Assembly: GCA_973895155.1 (NCBI GenBank)
Contig: OZ316891.1
Span: 15,469,037 to 15,533,036 of the forward strand
DNA: 64,000 nucleotides
DNA from: Marsupella aquatica
Taxonomy: Eukaryota; Plantae; Marchantiophyta
Reading direction: 5' to 3'
Below, one piece after another: positions 53,809 through 64,000 of this stretch; the first letter of the stretch is position 1; each line of letters begins with the position of its first letter. The position numbers and the translations under genes were made by a program. The notes under the pieces are model-generated. The model made no database searches, was not told the DNA's origin, and saw only the letters and a list, made by a program, of their open reading frames with translations.

Positions 53809-55486
53809 CTAGCTCAATACTCGTGCGTGCTTTGCACAAAAGGAGTTCGTGTCAGTCAAGATGTAGTTGAGAAAAAAGATGCCTTGTCAACCAAGAGGCC
53901 GTGGAGAAAAAAGATGTCCTATCAGCCCAATGGTAGTTGAGAGAAAAAAAATCTTTGAGGACAAAGATGTCGTGTCGGCCAAGTCAGAGGATGTTACGAA
54001 AAAAGATGTTGTCGCCCAAGAGGACGTTGAGAAAAAAATGTTGTGTCGGCCATGTCGTTAAGAAAAATTATCGTGTAGGTTAAGATGTCATTGAGAAAAA
54101 AGATGTCGTGTCGGCAAAGCACAGGTCATTTTGCCAAAGATGCCATTATGTGAAATAGGTTCTTAAGAAAAAGGTGTCATTTTGCAAAAGATATGGTGAA
54201 GTAAAAGATGTTATAAAAAAAAGGTGTCATTTCACCCAAGCTCTCCTTATGTGAAAGATGTTATGAAATAAAAAGTCAAAGAGAGAAAAACCTAGTATTT
54301 TTCTTTGTTTTGCTTTTTCCCAAAATGCCCCTACATTTGAATGGCGACCACTCTATAAATTGACACAACGTTATATTATCGGTTTCAGGTTTAGGGTTTT
54401 AGGGTTTAGCAAAGATGACCATGATGTCGGTATCCTTTCAATCCCCGTGCGGTGCATAAAAGATGCTGTTTGGTTAAGATATAATTGTTGAGAAATAGAT
54501 TGTGGTGCAAAAGATATCATTGAATAACAAAAATTTGTTAAAATATATTATTGCACAAAACTTTTGTTGAGTGAAAGATATCATTGTGCAAAGTAGTGGC
54601 TACGGCAGCCACAAAAGTTCACTTTTTTCTTTTTCTTTCTTGCATAAAAAATTATTGAATAAAAGATGTCATTGCACAAAAGATTGGCTATGACAGCCTC
54701 AAAAGTATAACAAAATGAGAGGTGTTTTGTTTTCCCCTTCTTTCTCTTATGTTCCTTTTAAACCTTAACCTCCCACTTTTCCCCCTTTTCCTATTTTTGG
54801 TCTTCTCTTTTTCTTATTCACCATCACTCCACTCGTTTGCCGCCCTCCCCCCCCCCCCCCCCCCACCTCCCCACCCATGTAAGACTGGAGCCCTTCGAGA
54901 GGCTGCCCTACATTGCGAGTGTGCCCCTTGCCCGACACCTTGCCATCAACGCCCATGCCATGTGCTTCACTATGTCTTTGGGCCTTATTACTTTTGTTTC
55001 TGGCATTGAAAATGACATTGCAAATGACTGAAAAATCACCACAAATAATTATCGGGAGAATAGTTTTTTATTGATCTAGTGACTAAAATATTATTAGCAA
55101 TTAAACTACTCTTACCAGTATTACACAAAATTATGCTGCACACAATATTGAATATGTACAATATTTACTTGCATGGATCATGGAGGGAGTGGATCATGGA
55201 GGGAGGTACTTGCATGGATCATGGAGGGAGTATCCTCCTTGATGATAGTGCATTGATCCTTGTGCATTGTGTTAAAGGTGCATTGTGTTAAAGTCTTTCA
55301 CTTTTTTTGGGGTGTCTCGTGTGATTATTCTTGCTTGTCTTGGGCTGTGCAATGTTTTGTGAGTCACACTAAATTCAATTCACACTTTGGCTTTATTGCT
55401 TACCTTGGACTTTTTTTAATTTTTGTGCCCTGCAAATTTGAACGAACCACTCTAAAAAAGTGGGCAACTGTGTACTATAGTTTAGA
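53809..55486 (-). mobile_element. Larger putative non-autonomous Helitron with internal AAAGATG-rich repeats
   Basis: Minus-strand 3' end ...gtgcaaagcac...gagCTAG|T at 53809; candidate 5' end TCTAAACTATAGTAC at 55486. Interior has many aaagatg(t/c) units, telomere-like ggtttaggg at 54385-54408, a C18 run at 54847-54864 and three ggatcatggaggga copies. Confidence 0.5.
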
Positions 55487-56322
55487 ATATCGAGAGATAG
55501 GATTTGGAAATGTAAATTCGAAAGATCATGTGCTGTGCTCTGCCTTATACACCGGCCGAAAGATGCATATCCTCTCCTGGAATATCAATTATGACCATTC
55601 GGGTCAGATCTATTTTCAGAGCTAGGTCGCGATATTATTGGTAGCTCATTCCAACTCCGGCCAGTCCTTGGCCGGACCAACGTCCCAAATTTAAATTGTT
55701 GCATAGTCAAAATTGTACGTGAGCCATGTGTGTTTTCGTGTCTGAATTTTGTTGGAGAGAGGTTCGGAGAGAGGACGCGGCTCCATGCTCTCCATCAGGC
55801 GCGTATCTTCGCCATCGGTGATCATCAAATTCAGCAGAATAGAAGTTGCTCCGTGTCATCGTGTTCAGCTCTGCGTGCTACAGACGGGGCTCCAGGCCGG
55901 TCCACTTCCTTTGTTTCCGGCTTGATCTAAAGCGCACCGTGTTTGATCTTCGAATACCCTGTGTACGTGCTCGATCAAACACGGTTATGTCAGCTTTGAT
56001 CTGCTTTAGGCCCGACTGCTCATCACATGGAGTGTCCCAACGCAAATTTCACTGAACAGCACCAGCCAACTGCAGAATATCGATGGGTCGGCATGCAGCA
56101 AAGCCTAGCGTGCACCGTAGCACTTCAGTTGAGCCTCAAAATCGTGACAGTACGTGAGATTTCTATCTGCTAGCAAAGCTCTGCACTGTCAAAGGTTTAC
56201 CCGAACAATCCAAAAGCATATCCAAGTTCATTTCAATTGTGATGATGTCCATTCAAATACACCATACGATATAAACTAGTGTGATGGTACGTACGTATTG
56301 TTGATGATCGATATTATCACAG

Positions 56323-59300
56323 AGACGACCGGGTTTAACAAGATGAACCGCCATAGATCAGATGTTGCGGTGGCAGCTGACCCCGATGAACCTGAGGACC
56401 AGTCTCCAATAGAAGAGGTGGCTCTGACTGTACCCAGCACGGATGATCCCAACATTCCCGTCTTAACATTTAGAATGTGGACACTTGGGGTACTATCTTG
56501 TGTTGTGCTGGCCTTCGTGAACCAGTTCTTCTCATACAGAACCGAGCCTCTCACCATATCTGCAGTTTGCGCTCAAATTGTGACTTTGCCCCTGGGGCGG
56601 CTCATGGCCGCTACTCTCCCTTCAAGGAAATGGTTTAGAGGTTCTAGATTCGAGTTTTCCTTGAATCCTAGCCCGTTCAACGTGAAGGAGCACGTCCTTA
56701 TCACAATCTTTGCGAATGCTGGGGCTGGTACGGCTTATGCTATTGGGATTGTAACTATCGTCAAAGCTTTCTATGGAAGGCGTTTAACTTTCTTTGTTGG
56801 CCTTGCCATTACCATCACCACGCAGGTAACTCCTTAAATAGCAAACTAAGACTATCCTAGCCAGTTCAGCCTTGCTTATTGTTTTCCATCTGACAGCGAT
56901 AACCTGCAATAATTGCTAACTATTTTTTTCGATCAGATGCTTGGCTACGGATGGGCGGGACTCTTCCGCAATTTCCTAGTGAAGCCTGCACAAATGTGGT
57001 GGCCATCTAACTTGGTACAGGTTTCATTGTTCAGGTAAGCAAGCTCACGCACTATACACATCTAAATATCCTTCTCGTCTATCTTTGAAGAATTTTACAA
57101 ACTAATATACCAAGTATATATATATATATATATATATATCCTAACAATGTCACCCACCTTGCTTTGATGTGTCAAGGACGCTGCACGAAAAGGATTACCG
57201 GCCAAAGGGAGGATTTACTCGACTTCAATTTTTCGCATTGATCTTATGCATAAGCTTTGCTTGGTACACCTTGCCTGGTTACATGTTTCCGATTCTCTCT
57301 TCCCTCTCTTGGGCTTGTTGGGCTTGGCCTAACTCCATCACAGCTCAACAGCTGGGCTCTGGATTCAACGGTCTTGGCATTGGTGCTATTGGCCTTGACT
57401 GGTCCACAGTTGCCTCTTTCAACCAAAGTCCCCTTGCGACACCTTTTTTTGCCATAGCAAACATCTTCGTGGGATTTGTCTTGGTCATGTACATTATGAT
57501 CCCAATCGTATACTACTTTGACGTCTATTCTGCAAAGACGTTCCCGATCTTCTCCAGTGGCCTCTTCGATTCGTCGGGGCAAACTTATAACATCTCTCGA
57601 GTTATCAATGATCAATTTTCGCTGGACTTTCACGCCTATGAGGGTTACAGCCAGCTTAATCTCAGTGCTTTCTTCGTCTTCACATACGGCGTGGGCTTCG
57701 CAGCATTGGCGGCCACTTTGAGTCATGTCATTTTGTTTCATGGAAGGTAACTATGATGCAGAACTAAAGTAGTCACGTAAAATGATACGACTTTACGAAC
57801 TGCTACATACATGTGTCCACTTTTTCTTCGACTGTTGGGTTTCTTGTCCTCGACAATTACGTCACATTGTACTAATTTCATTATCTACTTGATAGCTCCA
57901 TAAAATTAGTAATCATCTGCGTTACTCGGGAGATTGGCGATCTGGACCGAAACCGATGCTAACATTCCCAAGTCTTCACTTGGTCGCATGGCAGAAATAT
58001 TTGGCACCAGTTTCGGTCAGCTCTGAGTATTGAGAAAGAAGACGTGCATACTCGATTGATGAAAGCTTATCCGGAGGTTCCCCAACGATGGTTCCATGTC
58101 ATGCTCGTTCTCTTCATCGCCTTGTCTATTGCAGCTTGCGAGGTGTTCAAAGATCAGCTCCAGCTGCCATGGTGGGCAGTTATTCTGGCCTGCGCTATTG
58201 CGTTCATTCTTACACTTCCCGTGGGAGTGATTGCAGCCACAACCAATCAGGTGCGGTACGATGCTGTCCAGAGCTAGACACAGGCTCTGGTCCCTTGCTC
58301 CCACCAATTTATCATTACATGCCTGAGCTTTTCAATGCACACACTTTGGAGCAATGCCCAAATCTCCCAGTCTCATCCGAGCTAGAGGTATTTGTTTGAT
58401 GGAACCCCAAAATGGAAAGCATTAGTGGGAAGGAAGGCAATCCATTTTGGGAAGGAAGGCAATCAAAATTGAGATTTTCCTCTGGATGCCCGGAGATAAC
58501 GTCCCAATGATCGTGGAATATCCTAGTTGCCACGTGGGTTAAAAAATAAGCTCATTATTGGATGCGATTTGAAACAGCCACACCAGTAATCCTCTCTATC
58601 ACGCTTTTCCAAACGAGGCCCGACTGAAACAAACAGTTGGAACAGATCCGAATGGAACTAATCAGATGAAGCGGCAAATTTGGTTTTCTCGAATAGATAT
58701 GTGATTATATAGACAGTTGAGAAACGAAGTAAAACATGTAAAAACATCAAACAATGAAATTTGTGGAACCAGAAAGAAAAAATATATAGAGATAAAAGTA
58801 CAACCCAGGGAATATGACGGTAAGTCCAGGGAGCAACACGCTCTTCTTTAGTCGAGTGGCTTCGCCCTGCGGCATAAGCCCGAAATGGTTTCATGAAACG
58901 GGCCAGAAACTTAGGGAGGGTACATACGAGTTTGAGCCAATTTTGAGGTCCGAACGACAAGTTGGGCCAGATGTGAAAACTCCAAGGGGTTAGGAGGAAC
59001 GTCAAGATTCAAATTCTTAATCTATCCACCCATCTGGACTGCTACTGTTCTTCGCTACTAACGTGCAAAGTGTGAAAATAATGCTCATTTCTCAGAAGGC
59101 AATGTCACTTGGCATTGACTGATTTGACTGCAGGTGCCAGGGCTGAACATCGTGACCGAGTACATCATTGGCTACTTATATCCTGGAAGACCGGTAGCGA
59201 ACGTCTGTTTTAAGACTTATGGTTACATCAGCAATTCTCAAGCAATTACATTTCTGTACGACTTCAAATTGGGTCACTACATGAAGATTCCACCTCGCAG

Positions 59301-60065
59301 CATGTTTGCCGCCCAGGTATTCATTACACACTTGGAAATAGTTTCTTCAATGATTTAGAGGTTGCATCTTCTGTTGAGCTTGAAAAGCTAACAGCTGGAA
59401 TTTCATTTGAAGCTCACATGTCCTGTTGTGGTTGGATTGTGGCACAGCTTTGTGGTACAGTTATAGCAGCTCTCGTTAATCTGTCTACGGCTTGGTGGCT
59501 CCTGACTTCAGTCGAAAATATTTGTCACAAGGATTTGCTGCCCCCAAACAGTCCGTGGACTTGTCCGTCTGATAGAGTGTTCTTCGACGCCTCAGTCATC
59601 TGGGGACTCATAGGGCCGAAGAGGATCTTTGGATCGGAAGGCCTCTACGGAGCTATGAACTGGTGCTTCCTCATTGGTGCACTCGCTCCTGTTCCCGTTT
59701 GGCTGGCTGCAAAGAAATGGCCAGAGAAGAAGTGGATCAGCTACATCAACATGCCCATTTTGATCGGCGCTACAATGGACATGCCCCCCGCGTCTGCTGT
59801 CAACTTTACTTCCTGGTTTCTGGTCGGGTTCGTCTTCCAATATCTAGTGTTAAAGTACCGCAAGGGCTGGTGGAAGAGATATAATTATATCCTGTCTGCT
59901 GGACTAGATGCCGGGTTGGCATTCATGGCAGTACTGCTCTATTTCTCCGTGGAATTGGAGCAAAACTCCATCACCTGGTGGGGAACCAACGGTGGTGACT
60001 CGGGGGACAACTGCCCGCTGGCTTCTTGTCCAACTGCTCCAGGTATTCACGTCGATGGCTGCTAA
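56323..60065 (+). CDS. OPT: Oligopeptide transporter, OPT family (tandem copy B)
   Basis: Same intron positions as copy A (about 56323-56825, 56937-57034, 57177-57746, 57995-58250, 59134-59316, 59448-60065). KIPPR motif intact, NPG changed to NPS. First exon or start uncertain (ATG 56343 or an upstream exon near 56027). Confidence 0.92.
57115..57139. repeat. (TA)12 microsatellite in an OPT-B intron
   Basis: Uninterrupted TA run. Confidence 0.95.
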
Positions 60066-60956
60066 ACCAGAGGACATCCTCTTACCCGAATTTGGTCTTT
60101 CAGGAGGTTGCCCAGGATTCACGATGTCAACGGCTGGTAGGGATACGGTGCACTCAAGGCCGTATGCTCTGGGACTCACGACTTTCTCTAGACACTTCTC
60201 TGATTTGGGCAACCTCGTCAAGAATCATCAACAATCGTCCCTTCGTCCAAAAACCGCAAGTCAAATTCCATGGCGGGTGTAAAGTCCACACAATGGGTCC
60301 GCTTACGTTGTATGAAAACCGGTTTCGTCATAATAGACTCGTCTGCAATTTCGTATTCTCCTCTTACTCATTTCGCATCAGCTTCTTGTTTAGAACTAGA
60401 CGCGAAGCTGTTTTATTCCGGTCATCAATCTCCGCTCCTTCCCTCACATCATTTCCATCATATCAGAGCAGCTCTTGCAACTTGGGAAGAATGCAATAGG
60501 AAACTTTAATTGACTTGCTACTAGGACTAGATGCCTACACAGTGATACAAAATGTCTTGGGCAGTGGCAGGTACATTCTCTGCGTACGGCCCCAAGACAC
60601 ATTACTGCAAACATAATCGCCCGTCAGACCTTCAGACGAAACTCCACTTAAAATCGCCTTCCACTGTAGGAGATTTAAGCTCTGAAAGGGGTGACGATTT
60701 TGAAAATCATGTTCTTGGTGAAATGCTCACGACACATACACTCCAATAGGCCCGAACCACGTCGAGGCCATCTTGCACACTGGGCTAGGTAGAGTTGTTG
60801 TCAATCTGCTCTATCCCTACATTGCAACATGTGAGTTACATCAAAGCATTGGACGTCCCCCCAGAACACTAAGAGCACATCATTGCACGCCATAATGTCA
60901 ACATTGGGCAAAGCAAAGTGATCCAAGTAAGAAATGTAAAATTTGGGATATGGAAG

Positions 60957-61238
60957 GATGCAACCCCATTAGCATTGACTCTTATCCAGCACGGTAACAT
61001 AAACGTGATGTGCTTATAATTTGCTAACATTTGCAGCCAGCCCCAAACATATATCGGACCACGTGAGCAAGTAGGAGCTTTCCCACGAAACCGGAAAGAT
61101 GCATCCCCGTTAGCTTGACCAGGCGGCAGCATAAGCATCGTATTCTTCTATTTGCTAACATTTCCAGCCAATCCCATACCATTATCAGACCATGTGAGCA
61201 AGTAGGAGCATTTAGTTCCACGAGCATTTAGTTCCACC
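60957..61238. repeat. Imperfect tandem duplication, period about 140 bp
   Basis: gatgca(a/t)ccc...ttagc...atttgctaacattt(g/c)cagcca...gacca(c/t)gtgagcaagtaggagc occurs twice, followed by gagcatttagttccac twice. Confidence 0.8.
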
Positions 61239-62011
61239 AGATCACACAAGACATGACTCGTTACTCAACATTGCATAAGGTCTGAGCAGATGGTTGCTCT
61301 CGATCGGGTTGCACCAAATTGTAGAGATGCAACGCAATCTATCGTTGGGTTGTCCATAAAGACGATCACTTCTACCTCGTTCTTGAACACTCTTGAATAA
61401 AACATCCACAGGGTACTGTAAATAGTTACCCCTACAAATTACCTGAGTAGATCAAAACGACAGTTCTTGAGAAGCACAACAGAATCTGTGTCTAATACCA
61501 GCTTGTTTCATTTCTCTCTGATATGAACCGTACACATGAATCATGGAAGGTGAATAATCCGTCAATGTGTCCATACTCTCACCTTGTGCGAACTATCTAT
61601 GTTTGTGGGTCACGGCCACCGAATCCATGTTAGAAACCTTAGGATCCTGAGAAGTACTTCTTTACAATCAGGACATGCTTCTATCTTAAGAGATATGTTT
61701 TCAGATCCGTGGAGGTCGGATAGCCTTTGCTGCACATCAAAATCACAGCTCTATGAGGAGAGCTTCCCTTTCTGTGAGGACCGTGAGCCAGGCAGGAATG
61801 TACAGCTGAGAGGTATATTTGGTTGGTTGGTTTGATCCCATGCAATACTGGTGTCAACGGAAACCAATGAGCTCGCTACAAAATAATGTTGGCAGAATTT
61901 GTAGACTGCATCATCACCGTTACTGAGCAGGAGGAGCAAAACTGTGCCGTCAAAGCACATGTCCAATGTGGATAAGCAGAATCCGTGATACTGCCCGCAT
62001 TCCAGAGAATA

Positions 62012-63852
62012 CTAATCACCCGTAAATCCAGCAGAGCCACTCGGATTCTCGCGATTCAAGATCTTTTGTTCAATACCTCCACTTGGCGGCCTGTAAACGA
62101 TCAGTGTCAATAAGGTGGCCTCGTAAGTGTAACCCACGTTGACACAAGCTCAAACTTCACAAACAATTCCCAAAAGTTGTGACTTGCTCGACAATGCCAT
62201 TCAAATGAACCCTACACATGCAATCAAAGACGGCAGGGAAGTATACTTACAAGCCCATCAAAATTTTCATAGAGTCGACGCAGAACCACTGGGCCGTAAC
62301 TAAGGGCCCAACAAGCATTATGCGCAGAGGTAAGCTTCTAGTAAACAGCCCTACCCATCCAACTGCTTTCACAGACTGCAAAGACCAGTTCGAGTTAGAC
62401 GTGTAACAGACACATTGATGGACATGCCCAACTTATTGAGAAAAGTGCTGGAAAAACAATTCACAATCGCTTGATTATAAGGACATAACAGTAGAAGTAA
62501 AACACGCTGGCACAACATCTCTGACAGAGTTTAAAGGGATCTGATAATCTCCGGTGCGTATAGTACCGGCAAGTCATCAACTTTAACTTGCTCAGACAAC
62601 TGGGCAAAACAGCTTCTTCTAACAAGCTACACTGGACACACCTGTGAAAATGTGTGACCCTTGTTGTTGTATATATGGGTTATAACATTATCTGCTGGAT
62701 TGGACACAATGCTGCCAGCTACCCCAGAAGCATATCCAGCAGCTGTAGTCACGCCTAGCTGGACAGTTTTAGAACAGTCCATTTTTTGCTTCTGCAAGAT
62801 TTTAGCATATATGAAGTCCACCGAATGCTCAAACGATGAGAACATGATCATTGCAACTGCAACATGAAAGTAATTTATTAATGTTCAAAGTCTGGAGGAG
62901 GCAACAAAGTAGTAAGAACATCAAAATAAATCATTGAATCATAAGAGTATACTGACTGGCCAACTCATGCACTCAATACAACCTGCTGCAAACTCCGGAA
63001 CAGGCATCAAAGTAACCAGATGATAGGCCTAATAATATTAGGAGTTTACTATGTTGCATGAGAGAGGTGTTTACATGGTAGATTCCTTCCCCACAGTGGT
63101 ACAAGTCCTTTGTAAAAGCTGCAGAGAAAATAAACAGCCGACTCTTTTAACCTTGAAATAAAGGAAGATGTTGTAACAACAAATCACAACCTTAAGGCAT
63201 ACAATCACCAGCATTTCCGTCCCTGATTCAACCACTTCTCTAGTAGGAATCCACTAGATGTCAAGTAATACAACTTTTAACAACTTAACACTACTGCAAA
63301 CTTCACTAAGCATCGCGATAGAGTAAAAGAATTATTCTAAAATGTAACCGCAGAAAAACCGGCTACTTTATCTGAAACCTGGCACTATTGAGAGTATTTT
63401 CTGTATAAATTCCAATACTCTAATCTGCCTCGACCAATCACTTCAAATAGAATACTTCCTAACTAATTTTATCAGCCATGAGCCTCTTACCCTTTCAAAC
63501 CTTCTGTCTGGTAAAGTTTAGGGAAGCCATCTGAGAGGCCCCTGGCAAAGCCTGGTTGCGTTTGGACACGCACTTTAATAGCCTCAAAAGGGCACAAAAC
63601 TATATCAGCTATAGCTTCCGCAGACGCACTGCCTGCCAGATAGATGAGAGTTTTGTAAGAGTTAGTGTTGACAGGCCCCGCTGCGTCACAATATAATTTC
63701 TTGAAGTACTCATATAAGCCAAACTTGCAGGCACCCTGTCCACCATAGCCATACAGCTTTCCTCCCCAACCTCTCCACAGCCCTGGAAATCCTTGCTCCT
63801 TCCACAAGGTTCCAAACCCAGACCAGACATTCCTGTACTTCACAGGATTGGC
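62012..63852 (-). CDS. PHT3: Mitochondrial phosphate carrier (PHT3/MPT family, resembles PHT3;3); 5' exons lie beyond the right edge
   Basis: Exons about 63491-63852, 63075-63118, 62642-62856, 62250-62375 and 62012-62090 encode QGACKFGLYEYFK, SAEAIADIVLCPFEAIKVRVQ, GLVPLWGRNLP, IVSNPADNV and RSLPLRIMLVGP; stop TAG at 62012-62014. Confidence 0.92.
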
Positions 63853-64000
63853 CTATATCAAACAAGATATCATTTTCAGCCAGATTCAACTCAGTAAACT
63901 AGCATTTGCAGGGTATCTATTTTTGGCACCAATTTCAAGCCACCCTACACCCACAACCAATATACACCTTCACTGAATGCACGAAGTAACAATGTACTAT

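Noticed and set aside
53855-54700. CRISPR-like array
   Set aside because: Repeats are degenerate and irregularly spaced, there are no unique spacers or cas genes, and the context is a plant nuclear genome.
54722-55031. Proline-rich ORFs
   Set aside because: Produced by the poly-C run and T-rich low-complexity sequence.
5114-63852. Functional gene cluster linking HSP60, PPR-DYW, dynein, OPTs and the phosphate carrier
   Set aside because: No shared regulatory motif or pathway is visible; adjacency alone is not evidence in a plant genome.

Overview
Eukaryotic nuclear DNA from a land plant with flagellated sperm, most likely a moss (GT-AG introns, plant telomere motifs, moss-type PLS-DYW protein, inner-arm dynein). 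In order: a 5' coding exon of a DUF4091/GH123-like gene (-, continues off the left edge); a repeat/MITE-rich spacer; a decayed intron-containing mitochondrial HSP60 pseudogene; an intronless 14-motif PLS-DYW RNA-editing factor; a small DnaJ-like zinc-finger gene; a ~31 kb, ~47-exon single-headed inner-arm dynein heavy chain (-) whose introns host an antisense intron-containing tRNA-Met and a Helitron; two tandem OPT oligopeptide transporters separated by tail-to-tail Helitron-like elements; and the 3' part of a mitochondrial phosphate carrier (-). I found no clearly new multi-gene system. The best leads are a GA-AG intron in the dynein motor domain, signature-motif changes in the second OPT copy, the PPR recognition code with its recent triplet duplication, and the mixed tail/motor signature of the dynein. 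Family assignments come from recalled motifs, not database searches.
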